Source: an uncultured Acidobacteriota bacterium
Lineage (GTDB): Bacteria > Acidobacteriota > Thermoanaerobaculia > Multivoradales > UBA5704
Direction: 5' to 3'
Assembly: GCA_963770895.1 (NCBI GenBank)
Contig: CAVYRF010000001.1
Coordinates: 256,001-320,000 of the forward strand
Length of the DNA stretch: 64,000 nt
Shown in pieces: positions 51,512 through 60,262 of the stretch; position 1 is the first letter of the stretch; each line of letters starts with the position of its first letter. The position numbers and the translations under genes are program-made. Under the pieces are notes generated by a model, which made no database searches, was not told the DNA's origin, and saw only the letters and a program-made list of their open reading frames with translations.

Positions 51512-52210
51512 ATGTCAGCGCAGGCTCCGCACCACAAGCACCGGCTGCGCCAGTGGCTCTTCGAGTACTTTACCTTGCCCCTGATCAGCATGGGCCTGCC
51601 CTTCGCCGGGGGAGGCCAGCTGCCGGCGCCGCCGCCGACGACTTCGACGGTGCAGCTCACCACGACAGGGGCGCAGAAGGCGGCGGACGTGCAGCTGCAA
51701 AGCCACCTGGTCGCCGCGCGGCAGGCGGGCGACGCGGACCCCGGCGCGGGCGCACGGCTCGGCCTGGCGATCGGGCCGGCGGCCGGGGAGGCGGCCGACG
51801 GCAAGCTCGCCGACAGCTCCGTCTTCCAGGGCCGCAGCTTCACCTGGGCAAAGCCGCTGTCGACGCCGGATGCGACGGCACCCGGGGCGCCTGCCCCGAA
51901 CTTGCCGGCGAGCTTTTTGGCGGATCTCCAGGTGACCTTCAAGTTGCCGGCGGTGCCGCCGCAGCACCTGGCGTTGGTGCAGCAGGAGCACGCGGCGGCC
52001 AGCGCCGATCCGGCCAGCGCGGAGCGGCGGGAGCACCTGGTGCAGGCGATCGAGAAGGTGTCCGACATGCACGAAAAGGTGCTCGACCACGAGGAGGCGG
52101 CGCGCGCCGTCGTCGACCTGTGGGCGCAGCTGCGCCGCGAGCGCGGCGCGACCGACGAAGAGGTCGGCGAGCACCTGCGCAAGATCCGCGAGTGGACGGA
52201 CCTCAAGTAG
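51512..52210 (+). CDS. Hypothetical protein (N-terminal hydrophobic patch, helical C-terminus)
   Basis: AAAGGAG RBS; TGCTATAAAAT extended -10-like element upstream; GC3-biased codons. Confidence 0.7.
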   Translation: MSAQAPHHKHRLRQWLFEYFTLPLISMGLPFAGGGQLPAPPPTTSTVQLTTTGAQKAADVQLQSHLVAARQAGDADPGAGARLGLAIGPAAGEAADGKLADSSVFQGRSFTWAKPLSTPDATAPGAPAPNLPASFLADLQVTFKLPAVPPQHLALVQQEHAAASADPASAERREHLVQAIEKVSDMHEKVLDHEEAARAVVDLWAQLRRERGATDEEVGEHLRKIREWTDLK

Positions 52211-53705
52211 CGGGATTCGCCGGCGGCGGCTGGCGCGGCAGGCCGGCCGGGAACAGCAGCGCCACGCCCAGCGCCGCGGCGGCGGCGAGCGCCATCGCCA
52301 CGAAGACCGCCTGCAGCCCCGACGCCATGGCCGCCAGCAGCGGCGCCAGTTCGCGCGCCGGAATGTGGGCGCGCAAGCTCGGGTCGAGCGCCGCGTTGGG
52401 ATCGACGGTGTGGCCGGCGGCGCCGCCCAGCAGCAGGCGCAGGCGGGCGTTGAACAGCGCCCCCAGGGCGGCCACGGCGATGGTGCCGCCGATGGTGCGG
52501 AAGAACTGCACGATCGACGTGGCGACGCCGCGGCGCTGCCAGGGGACGGCGCTCTGCACCGCCACCAGGCTGGGCGTCGCGAAGCACCCGACGCCGATGC
52601 CGATGACGAAGGTGGCGACCAGCACCTCGAAGCGCGACCGGGCATGACCGGCGTGGACCAGCATCAGGCTGCCGGCAAAGCCGATGATGCCGCCGGCGAT
52701 GGCCAGGCGCCGGTAGCCGGTGCGCAGCAGCATGCGGCCGGACACCACCGAGGCGAGCGGCCAACCCAGCAGCATCGGCGTCAACACCGCGCCGGCGACC
52801 ACCGCCGGACCGCCGATCACTCCCTGGCTGAACATCGGCACGAAGGCGGTGATGGCGTAGAGCAGCGCGCCGACCACCAGGTTGCCGGTCGCGGTCACCG
52901 CGATGATGCGATCGCGGAACAGGTCGAGCGGCAGCATCGGGTCGGGGGCACGGCGCTCCTGCCAGAGGAAAAGGGCGAAGCCGAGGACCGAGGCGGCGAC
53001 CAGGATGAGCGTGGTGGCGCCGCTTCCCGCGTCGTGGATGCCGGTGCCGCCGAGCAGGGCGAACAGCAGCGCGCTGACCGCGGCGGTGAGCAGCACCGTG
53101 CCGGCGACGTCGAGCGGCGGCCTGGCGCCGCCCTTGCCGGGCGCCTGGTCCTCGCGCAGGTAGCGCTGCAGGATGAGCGACGCGGCCAGGCCGAGCGGCA
53201 CGTTGAGGTAGAAGATCCAGCGCCACGACATGGCGTCGGCGATCAGGCCGCCGAGCGGCGGTCCCAGCAGGCTCGCCGCGCCCCACACCCCCGAGAACAG
53301 CCCCTGCACCCGGCCGCGCTCTTCCAGGCTGAAGATGTCGCCGATGAGGGTCAGCGCGATGGGCTGCACGCCGCCCGCTCCCAGCCCCTGCAGGGCGCGA
53401 TACAGGATCAGCTGGTTGAGCGAATGCGCGGCGCCGGACAGCGCCGACCCCAGCAGGAACAGCGCCACCGACACGTGGAACAGCCGCCGGCGGCCGAACA
53501 GGTCGGATAGCTTGCCGTACAGCGGCACCGTCGTCGTCGACGCCAGCAGGTAGGCGGAAAAGACCCAGCTGTAGTGCGACATGCCGCCCAGCTCGCCCAC
53601 CGCCGTCGGCACCGCCGCCGCCACCGCCGTCGCCTCCAGCGCCGCCAGCGCGTTGCCCAGCATCAGCGCGGCGGTGACCAGGTTGCGTTGGCGGCCGGGT
53701 AGCAC
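52203..53705 (-). CDS. MFS drug efflux transporter (DHA2/EmrB-like)
   Basis: WVFSAYLL, YGKLSDLFGRR, RALQGLGAGG, SWRWIFYLNVP, FFRTIGG. Confidence 0.92.
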   Translation of the reverse strand: MLPGRQRNLVTAALMLGNALAALEATAVAAAVPTAVGELGGMSHYSWVFSAYLLASTTTVPLYGKLSDLFGRRRLFHVSVALFLLGSALSGAAHSLNQLILYRALQGLGAGGVQPIALTLIGDIFSLEERGRVQGLFSGVWGAASLLGPPLGGLIADAMSWRWIFYLNVPLGLAASLILQRYLREDQAPGKGGARPPLDVAGTVLLTAAVSALLFALLGGTGIHDAGSGATTLILVAASVLGFALFLWQERRAPDPMLPLDLFRDRIIAVTATGNLVVGALLYAITAFVPMFSQGVIGGPAVVAGAVLTPMLLGWPLASVVSGRMLLRTGYRRLAIAGGIIGFAGSLMLVHAGHARSRFEVLVATFVIGIGVGCFATPSLVAVQSAVPWQRRGVATSIVQFFRTIGGTIAVAALGALFNARLRLLLGGAAGHTVDPNAALDPSLRAHIPARELAPLLAAMASGLQAVFVAMALAAAAALGVALLFPAGLPRQPPPANPAT

Positions 53706-53913
53706 GATCGGGAAGGGAGAGGAGGCGCGTCCGCCAGGGTGGGCGGCGCGCGCAGGACACTACCATGGCGCTGAAACCAGGCCCCGCAAACGGGCGTACT
53801 CCATGCAATGCGCCGGTGCCGCTGGGCCGGCGGCGGGCGCCGATGCTAGTATCGTGCGCCGTCATGGGGCTCGCGGCGCGGGCCCCGCTCCTACCGCGAC
53901 CGGAGGTTCCTGC

Positions 53914-54390
53914 TTGCACCCGAACGAAGAGCTGATCCGCCGTTTCTACGACTGCTTCCAGGCCCGCGACGGCGCCGGGATGGGGGCGTGCTATGGGCCG
54001 TCGCTGCGGTTCTCGGACCCGGTGTTTCCGGATCTGGACGCGGCGGGGGCGCGCGCGATGTGGAAGATGCTATGCGAGCGCGGCAAGGATCTGCAGGTGG
54101 AGCTGGGCACGGTGGCGGCCAACGACCGCGCCGGCCACGCGCGGTGGGAAGCCTGGTACACGTTCAGCAATACCGGGCGGGCGGTGCACAACCGCATCGA
54201 AGCGCGGTTCCTGTTCGGCGGCGGCGCGATCGTCGAGCATCACGATTCGTTTCCGCTATGGAAGTGGGCGGGCCAGGCGCTGGGCCTCAAGGGCCAGCTG
54301 CTGGGTTGGGCGCCCATGGTGCAGAACGCCATCCGCCGCCAGGCCGCCGGGGGGCTGGCAGCCTACCGGACCAAGCATCCCGGCGACTAA
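53914..54390 (+). CDS. SnoaL/NTF2-like protein
   Basis: GGAGG RBS, TTG start; IRRFY..F, FSDPVF, AMWKML, YTFS.TGR.VHN, HHDSF. Confidence 0.88.
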   Translation: MHPNEELIRRFYDCFQARDGAGMGACYGPSLRFSDPVFPDLDAAGARAMWKMLCERGKDLQVELGTVAANDRAGHARWEAWYTFSNTGRAVHNRIEARFLFGGGAIVEHHDSFPLWKWAGQALGLKGQLLGWAPMVQNAIRRQAAGGLAAYRTKHPGD

Positions 54391-54550
54391 TGGCCTGTAT
54401 CGGTGAAATCGGCAGCGCCTGGCTTGCCCTCGACGGCGGGGGCTGCGTTGCGCCTCCTCGACATAGGCTCAACTATGCCTGCGTCGGCGCGCCTGGCCCG
54501 CGCCGCCGAATGGCGGCGCCATCCGCTTCCAATTTCACCGATACAGGCCA
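54391..54550 (+). mobile_element. 160-bp MITE-like element with 22-bp terminal inverted repeats
   Basis: TGGCCTGTATCGGTGAAATCGG ... CCAATTTCACCGATACAGGCCA (1 mismatch); flanks CTAA / CTAG; second copy at 4064-4261. Confidence 0.85.
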
Positions 54551-54786
54551 CTAGCCCCGGTCCTCCGGGCGCGCGGAGGCGGCGTCGCCGGCTCGGCTGG
54601 TGCTCCGTTTGCATTGGTCCTGGGTGGGCTCATAGACGCCGCTTCTCCGGCGTCCGTACTACATCCCCTGGAGCCGCCCGCGCGGGACGGCCGGCGCGAC
54701 GTGCCCGGCTGGCCCACTTGCGACGTGCCCGAACCGAGATGATGGGGCGGCGGGCGGACCATAACCACGATACGGATGCGACACCG

Positions 54787-56295
54787 ATGACCGAACAGCT
54801 GCGAGACCCCGAGCTCGACCGCCTGATCCAACAATTGAACAGCACGTCGGGCGGGCGCGCCGCGACCGCCGAAGCCGACGATGCGTTCGACCATCAGGAG
54901 CGCTTCGAACGCGTCGAGCGCGCCGGCGATGCCGGCGACGTCGGCGACACCGGCGGCGAGGACGACGATCACGATCGCTTCGGCGGCGGCGCCTCAGGTC
55001 CGCTGGCCGCGTCGCTGCCGGTCGCCGGCGGCCCCCAGGTCGGTGCTCCCCCGGCGCTCCTGACCATGCCGCGCCGCACGCCGGCGGCGAAAGCCGTCAG
55101 CGCTGGCGCCGCCGGCGCCGGCGAGCCCCTGGACGAGCCGCTGGGACGCGGCGGCGCCGCGGCCAATGCGGCGGGGGAGGCGCTGGGGCGGCTGCTCGGC
55201 GAATCGGCGCGGCGCGGGGCGAGCGACGTCCTGCTGATGCCCGGCCTGCCGGCGGTATTCCGCATCGACGGCCGGCTGAAGCGCGCCGACGGCGACCCGC
55301 TGTCCGGCGACGACATCGCGCGCCTGTTCCGGCCGCAGCTGGGCGGGCGGGTGCGGCGCGAGATCGAGGAGCGCGGCTACTCCGACTTCTCGCTCCACCT
55401 GCCGGGCGCGGCGCCGGCAGGCGGCGGCGCGGCGGCGGAGTTTGCGGGCGAGGCGGCGCGCACCGCCGGCGCCTGGCGCTTCCGGGTGAACCTGCACAGC
55501 CAGCGCGGCGAGCTGGCGGCGGCGCTGCGCGCCCTGCCGCACGAGATCCCGACGCTCGCCGGCCTCAACCTGCCGGCTTCCTTTGCCGAGCTGGTCAAGC
55601 AGAGCCGCGGCCTGGTCCTGGTGTGCGGCCCGACCGGTTCGGGCAAGTCGTCCACCTTGGCGGCGCTGATCGGCGAGATCAACCGCACCCGCACCGTCCA
55701 CGTCATCACCATCGAAGACCCGGTCGAATACGAGCACCGCTCCAACAAGTCGATCATCGAGCACGTCGAAGTGGGGCGCGACGCGCGCACCTTCAGCGAG
55801 GCGCTGCGCGCCGCGGTGCGCCAGGACCCCGACGTCATCCTGGTCGGCGAGATGCGCGACCTGGAAACCATGGCGACGGCGGTGACCGCCGCCGAAACCG
55901 GCCACCTGGTCCTGGCCACCCTGCACTCCAACGACGCGGTGCAGGCCGTCCACCGCATCGTCGACGTGTTCCCGCCGGTGCAGCAGGCGCAGATCCGCCA
56001 GCAGCTGGCGCTGTCGCTGACCGCGGTCGTCGCGCAGCAGCTGGTGCCGCGCGCCGACGGCCGCGGCCGCATCCCGGCGGTGGAGCTGATGCTGGCGACC
56101 TTCCCCATCCGCCACCACATCCGCAGCGACAAGCTGGAAAAGCTCTACAACGAGATCACCCTGGGCAAGCGCCAAGGCATGACGTCCTTCGAGGAATCGC
56201 TGGCCCAGCTGGTGCGCGCCGGCAAGATCGATCTAGAAGAAGCCCGCGTCCGCGCGAGCCATCCCGAAGAGCTGGACACCCGCCTGCGCGGCTGA
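54787..56295 (+). CDS. pilT: PilT/PilU family type IV pilus ATPase with long acidic/low-complexity N-terminus
   Basis: CGPTGSGKSSTL, TIEDPVEY, RQDPDVILVGEMRD, AAETGHLVLATLH. Confidence 0.9.
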   Translation: MTEQLRDPELDRLIQQLNSTSGGRAATAEADDAFDHQERFERVERAGDAGDVGDTGGEDDDHDRFGGGASGPLAASLPVAGGPQVGAPPALLTMPRRTPAAKAVSAGAAGAGEPLDEPLGRGGAAANAAGEALGRLLGESARRGASDVLLMPGLPAVFRIDGRLKRADGDPLSGDDIARLFRPQLGGRVRREIEERGYSDFSLHLPGAAPAGGGAAAEFAGEAARTAGAWRFRVNLHSQRGELAAALRALPHEIPTLAGLNLPASFAELVKQSRGLVLVCGPTGSGKSSTLAALIGEINRTRTVHVITIEDPVEYEHRSNKSIIEHVEVGRDARTFSEALRAAVRQDPDVILVGEMRDLETMATAVTAAETGHLVLATLHSNDAVQAVHRIVDVFPPVQQAQIRQQLALSLTAVVAQQLVPRADGRGRIPAVELMLATFPIRHHIRSDKLEKLYNEITLGKRQGMTSFEESLAQLVRAGKIDLEEARVRASHPEELDTRLRG

Positions 56296-56411
56296 CGCGG
56301 GTCGGCGTGGCCTGCCACCGCCGACCGGTACACCCGCGCCCCGGCGCGTCCAGCCCCTGGTGCGTCCAGACGCCGACGCGCCGAGGCCCCGGCCACCGCC
56401 GGCTCGGGCCG

Positions 56412-56591
56412 CTATTGGTCGCAGACCGACTTCAACGAACACCGCGGATATTCGGTGATGGTGCAGGCGCAGACGGTGACGCAGGTGTTGGCGGTGGCCA
56501 CGTCCCCGGCGGCTTGCCGCAGGCCGTCACGCGAAGCGGCCAGGCTGTGCAGCGTTTCGCGGGTCAGGTGCAGCTTCTTGCTCTTGCGCAT
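56412..56591 (-). CDS. Putative RiPP precursor (59 aa; not in ORF track)
   Basis: AAGGAGG RBS; MRKSKKLHLTRETLHSLAASRDGLRQAAGD-VATANTCVTVCACTITEYPRCSLKSVCDQ. Confidence 0.85.
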   Translation of the reverse strand: MRKSKKLHLTRETLHSLAASRDGLRQAAGDVATANTCVTVCACTITEYPRCSLKSVCDQ

Positions 56592-56621
56592 GACGGCCTC
56601 CTTGGTAGCTGAGTTTGGCGT

Positions 56622-56810
56622 TCAACAGTTGTCGCGGCCCGAGCAGTTTTGCGGGTCGGTGGGGTTGCAGGCGACGCAGTTGGTGACGCAGGCGCTGAAA
56701 CAGCTGATGACCAGGGTGGCGCCGGCCGCCGCCTGGCGCAGGTCGACACGGGGAGCGGCGAGGTTGCGCAGGGTCTCGCGGCTGAGGGCTAGTTTCTTGC
56801 TCTTGTGCAT
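56622..56810 (-). CDS. Putative RiPP precursor (62 aa)
   Basis: AAGGAG RBS; MHKSKKLALSRETLRNLAAPRVDLRQAAAG-ATLVISCFSACVTNCVACNPTDPQNCSGRDNC. Confidence 0.85.
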   Translation of the reverse strand: MHKSKKLALSRETLRNLAAPRVDLRQAAAGATLVISCFSACVTNCVACNPTDPQNCSGRDNC

Positions 56811-56832
56811 GTTGCGGTCTCCTTCGGTTCGC

Positions 56833-56862
56833 ATCGTAGGAGCCGCGTGAATGGCGTGTCAA
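56833..56862 (-). promoter_or_regulatory. Sigma70 promoter for the precursor pair
   Basis: TTGACA-N18-TACGAT, ending 22 nt upstream of the ATG at 56810. Confidence 0.7.
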
Positions 56863-56917
56863 TGCGGCCCGGACCTATCGGCCCGCGCTCGCCTTGCACG
56901 CTGTACAACGGGAAAGT

Positions 56918-58654
56918 CTAGGTTTCCAGGCGGAAGCGGGTTTCGGCCAGGCGGTAGAGGCGGCGCCAGACCAGGCGGTTGGTGACGACCACGATGGCGG
57001 CCAGGACGACGGTCGCGGTCAGCAGCTGATCGAAGTTGCCGGAGGCGGCGGCGGCGCTGATCAGCGAGCCCAGGCCGGTCGCCTGCAGGGTGCGGCCCTG
57101 GAAGTGGGTGTATTCCGCCAGGATGCTGGCGTTCCAGGCGCCGCCGGCGGCGGTGACCATGCCGGTGACCAGGAAGGGGAAGATGCCGGGCAGGATGAGC
57201 AGCCGCCAGCGCTCGCCGCGGGTGAAGCGGAAGACGCTCGCGGCCTCCTTGAGGTCGCTGGGGATGCCCATGGCGCCGGCGATGACATTGAACAGGATGT
57301 ACCACTGGGTGCCCAGCAGGATGAGGATGATCGGCGCCACGCCAAGCCCGCCGTCCTTGGTGATGAAGAACAGCAGCACCACCGGGAAGAGCGCCGTGGC
57401 GGGCACCGAGGCGGCGATCTGCACGATCGGCTGGACGACGCGCGCGATGCGCGGGTTGGAGCCGATGGCGACGCCGGCGGGGATCGCCCAGGCGGCGCCG
57501 ATGGCCAGGGCGCACAGGACGCGCAGGAAGGTGGCGCCGGCGCCGCGCAGGATGTCGCCCAGCTCGCCGCGGGTGAGCGATGCGAGCTGCATGCCGACGT
57601 GCACCAGCGCGTAAGCGGCGGCTGCCAGCACCGCCGCCGCCAAAAGCCAGCCGATCCAGCCGGCGAAGCGGGCGCGGCGCACCGGCGGCGGCTGATCGGC
57701 GCGGCGCACGAAGGCGGCGTTCAGGCGCTCGGCCAGCGGCGCCATCGCCTTCTGCCGCAGGTAGGCCAGGAAGGGAGAGCGCTGCACCAGGTTGAACACC
57801 CCCGAGTGCGGCACGGCGTCGCCCTCCACCTGCTCGAACTTGAACTTGTCGGCCCAGCAGATGATCGGCCGCCAGACCAGCTGGTCGAGCAGCACGATGA
57901 CGCTGATCATCGCCAGGAGGCCCCACAGGATCGCGGTGTTGTCGCCGGCGCTGGCCGCGGTCTGCAGGTAGGAGCCCAACCCCGGCAGGCGGAAGTCCCA
58001 CTTGCCCAGGATGAACATCTCGCAGGTCATGAGGTAGAACCAGCCGGCCGCCACCGACACCATCGAGTTCCACACCAGGCCGAGCGCCGAATAGGGCAGC
58101 TCCAGGCGCACCAGCCGCTGCCAGGCGTTGAAGCGATAGATGCGCGCCGCCTCGCGCAGCTCGGTGGGGATCGCCTTGAGCGACGAGTAGAAGCTGAACG
58201 CAATGTTCCACACCTGGCCGGTGAAGATCAGCAGGATGGTGCCCAGCTCCACCCCCACCTGCGAGTGCGGGAAGATGGCGATCATGGCGAGCATCAAGGG
58301 GGGCAGGAAGCTGACCACCGGGATCGACTGCATGATGTCGAGCAGCGGGATCATCAGCCGCTCGGCGGTGCGGTGGTACGCCGCCACGTACCCATAGACC
58401 AGCGCGAAGGCCATCGACAGCACGTAGGCGATCGTCATGCGCAGCAGCGAATAGGCGGTGTAGAGCGGCAGCGCCGATGGGCGTTGCGAGATGGCGGTGG
58501 ACTGGGCGAAGGGCCCCAGCCAGGTGCGGGCCAGCGCCAGCACGCCCCAGAAGAGAGCCAGGCCCAGGCCGATGATCAGCAGGTCCGCCCACGAGCCGCC
58601 GGGGCGCTCGTCCAGCACGGACGTCGCGACGGGGCCGGGGGTCGGTTTGAGCAT
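56918..58654 (-). CDS. NitT/TauT-type ABC permease (two fused membrane domains)
   Basis: LDIMQSIPV, GQVWNIAFSFYSSL, WNSMVSVAAGWF, ASVPATALFP, GTQWYILFN, GGAWNASI. Confidence 0.9.
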   Translation of the reverse strand: MLKPTPGPVATSVLDERPGGSWADLLIIGLGLALFWGVLALARTWLGPFAQSTAISQRPSALPLYTAYSLLRMTIAYVLSMAFALVYGYVAAYHRTAERLMIPLLDIMQSIPVVSFLPPLMLAMIAIFPHSQVGVELGTILLIFTGQVWNIAFSFYSSLKAIPTELREAARIYRFNAWQRLVRLELPYSALGLVWNSMVSVAAGWFYLMTCEMFILGKWDFRLPGLGSYLQTAASAGDNTAILWGLLAMISVIVLLDQLVWRPIICWADKFKFEQVEGDAVPHSGVFNLVQRSPFLAYLRQKAMAPLAERLNAAFVRRADQPPPVRRARFAGWIGWLLAAAVLAAAAYALVHVGMQLASLTRGELGDILRGAGATFLRVLCALAIGAAWAIPAGVAIGSNPRIARVVQPIVQIAASVPATALFPVVLLFFITKDGGLGVAPIILILLGTQWYILFNVIAGAMGIPSDLKEAASVFRFTRGERWRLLILPGIFPFLVTGMVTAAGGAWNASILAEYTHFQGRTLQATGLGSLISAAAASGNFDQLLTATVVLAAIVVVTNRLVWRRLYRLAETRFRLET

Positions 58655-58723
58655 GGCGATTCCGGCCGTGAGCGAAGCTGGGATGCGATCGAGCGCCAGG
58701 GGCGGGACAGGTGGTACTGGCGA

Positions 58724-60076
58724 TCAGTCTTCGGTCAGGTGCAGGCGCCCGGACTTGGCGTCGTAGTCGAAGATTTCCGCGTAGCGGCCCCAGTGGATGG
58801 CGGTCTGCAGCTGGCGCTCCGCTTCGTCGCTGCTGAAATGTTCGTCCAGGATGTCGGAAAAGAAATCGTCGGGCAGCGTGCGGTCGGCCTTGGTGCGCAG
58901 CGAGTTGGCGATCTGGCGCAGCAGCGTCACGTGCTGCAGCGCCGCATCCTTGAAGAGCTTTTTGCGCGTCAGGATGTCCGCTTCGGCGAAGGCCTTGCCG
59001 ATCGGGGTAATTTCCACGTCGCCCTCCTGCACGCGGATGAAATCGAGCATCGCGCAGGCTTCGATGATCGGCAGCAGGTCGCTGACTTCCATGCCCAGCT
59101 CGTCGGCCAGGCCGTACAGGTCGTCCTTGCCGCCGCGGTCGATGAGGATCTCCAGCAGGCCGGCGATGCCGCCCGGCCGCGCGTGCGGCAGCATCTGGTA
59201 GGAGACCGCGCGCTCGGCGGTGGCGGCGGACGACGTCTGACGACCGCCGGCGCCGATGGTGGTGGCGGTGGGCGGGGCGTGGTCGACGTTGGGCTGGGTG
59301 AGGACCTTGTAGATGTGGTCCACCAGCTCCAGGAAGCGGCGCGACTTGCGGTCGCGCGGCCGCGTCAGCTCGACTTCGAAGTCGGCGCGGATGCGGCCGG
59401 GATTGCGGCCCAGCACGATGACCCGGTCGGCCAGCAGCACCGCCTCTTCGATGTTGTGGGTGACCAGGAAGATGGCGCGCGTCGGCATCTTGCGGTTGGT
59501 CCACAGCTCCAGCAGCTCGCCGCGCAGGTTTTCGGCGGTCAGCACGTCGAGGGCCGAAAACGGTTCGTCCATGAACAGCACGTCCGGTTCCACGACCAGC
59601 GCCCGCGCGAAGCCGACGCGCTGCTTCATGCCGCCGGACAGCTCCTTGGGGTAGGCGGTTTCGAAGCCGTCGAGCCCCACGGTGTCCAGGATCTTGAGCG
59701 CCCGCTTGCGCCGGTCGACGACGCCGATGCCGCGCGCCGCGAGCGGCGCCTCGACGTTTTCGAGCACCGTCAGCCAGGGGAACAGGGCGAAGTTCTGGAA
59801 CACGATCGAGACGTTGGGCGCCTGGCCGGCTTCGGGCGCCTTGCGCCAGCGCACCGCGCCGGCCGACGGCGGCACCAGGCCGGTCATCATGCGCAGCAGC
59901 GTCGATTTGCCCGAGCCGGAGGGTCCCAGCAGGGCGAGGATCTTTTCGGGGTAGATCGCCAGGTTGGTGGGGGCGATGACTTCGATGCGGTTGCCCTCGG
60001 GCTGGATGTAGTACTTCTCGACGTCGCTGGTTTCGACGATCGGCAGCGGCGGAGCTGTCGTTTCCAAGGCCTGCAT
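58724..60076 (-). CDS. NitT/TauT-type ABC ATPase with C-terminal AAA-associated domain
   Basis: GPSGSGKS, LSGGMKQRVG, MDEPFSALD, HWGRYAEIF. Confidence 0.92.
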   Translation of the reverse strand: MQALETTAPPLPIVETSDVEKYYIQPEGNRIEVIAPTNLAIYPEKILALLGPSGSGKSTLLRMMTGLVPPSAGAVRWRKAPEAGQAPNVSIVFQNFALFPWLTVLENVEAPLAARGIGVVDRRKRALKILDTVGLDGFETAYPKELSGGMKQRVGFARALVVEPDVLFMDEPFSALDVLTAENLRGELLELWTNRKMPTRAIFLVTHNIEEAVLLADRVIVLGRNPGRIRADFEVELTRPRDRKSRRFLELVDHIYKVLTQPNVDHAPPTATTIGAGGRQTSSAATAERAVSYQMLPHARPGGIAGLLEILIDRGGKDDLYGLADELGMEVSDLLPIIEACAMLDFIRVQEGDVEITPIGKAFAEADILTRKKLFKDAALQHVTLLRQIANSLRTKADRTLPDDFFSDILDEHFSSDEAERQLQTAIHWGRYAEIFDYDAKSGRLHLTED

Positions 60077-60181
60077 CGGGTTCCTCGCTGCGCGCAAAAA
60101 TCCTGTGGTGCGGACGCCGGCGGAGTACGACAGGCTGGCCTACGCGCCTCCCGGGACGTGCGCGGGTGATCGGCTGAGCTT

Positions 60182-60197
60182 TGCACGCACCCTGCCA
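60182..60197 (-). promoter_or_regulatory. Possible sigma54 promoter
   Basis: TGGCAGGGTGCGTGCA, GG-N10-GC, upstream of the ABC ATPase. Confidence 0.4.
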
Positions 60198-60262
60198 TCA
60201 GTCAATGGAAACCGGCCCGTTCCGGGGTGCGCCCCGGTGACGGGCGGGTGACGGCCGTACGC

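Noticed and set aside
56918-60076. Dedicated RiPP exporter
   Set aside because: Importer-type NitT/TauT permease and ATPase with no C39 peptidase domain; the precursors have their own promoter
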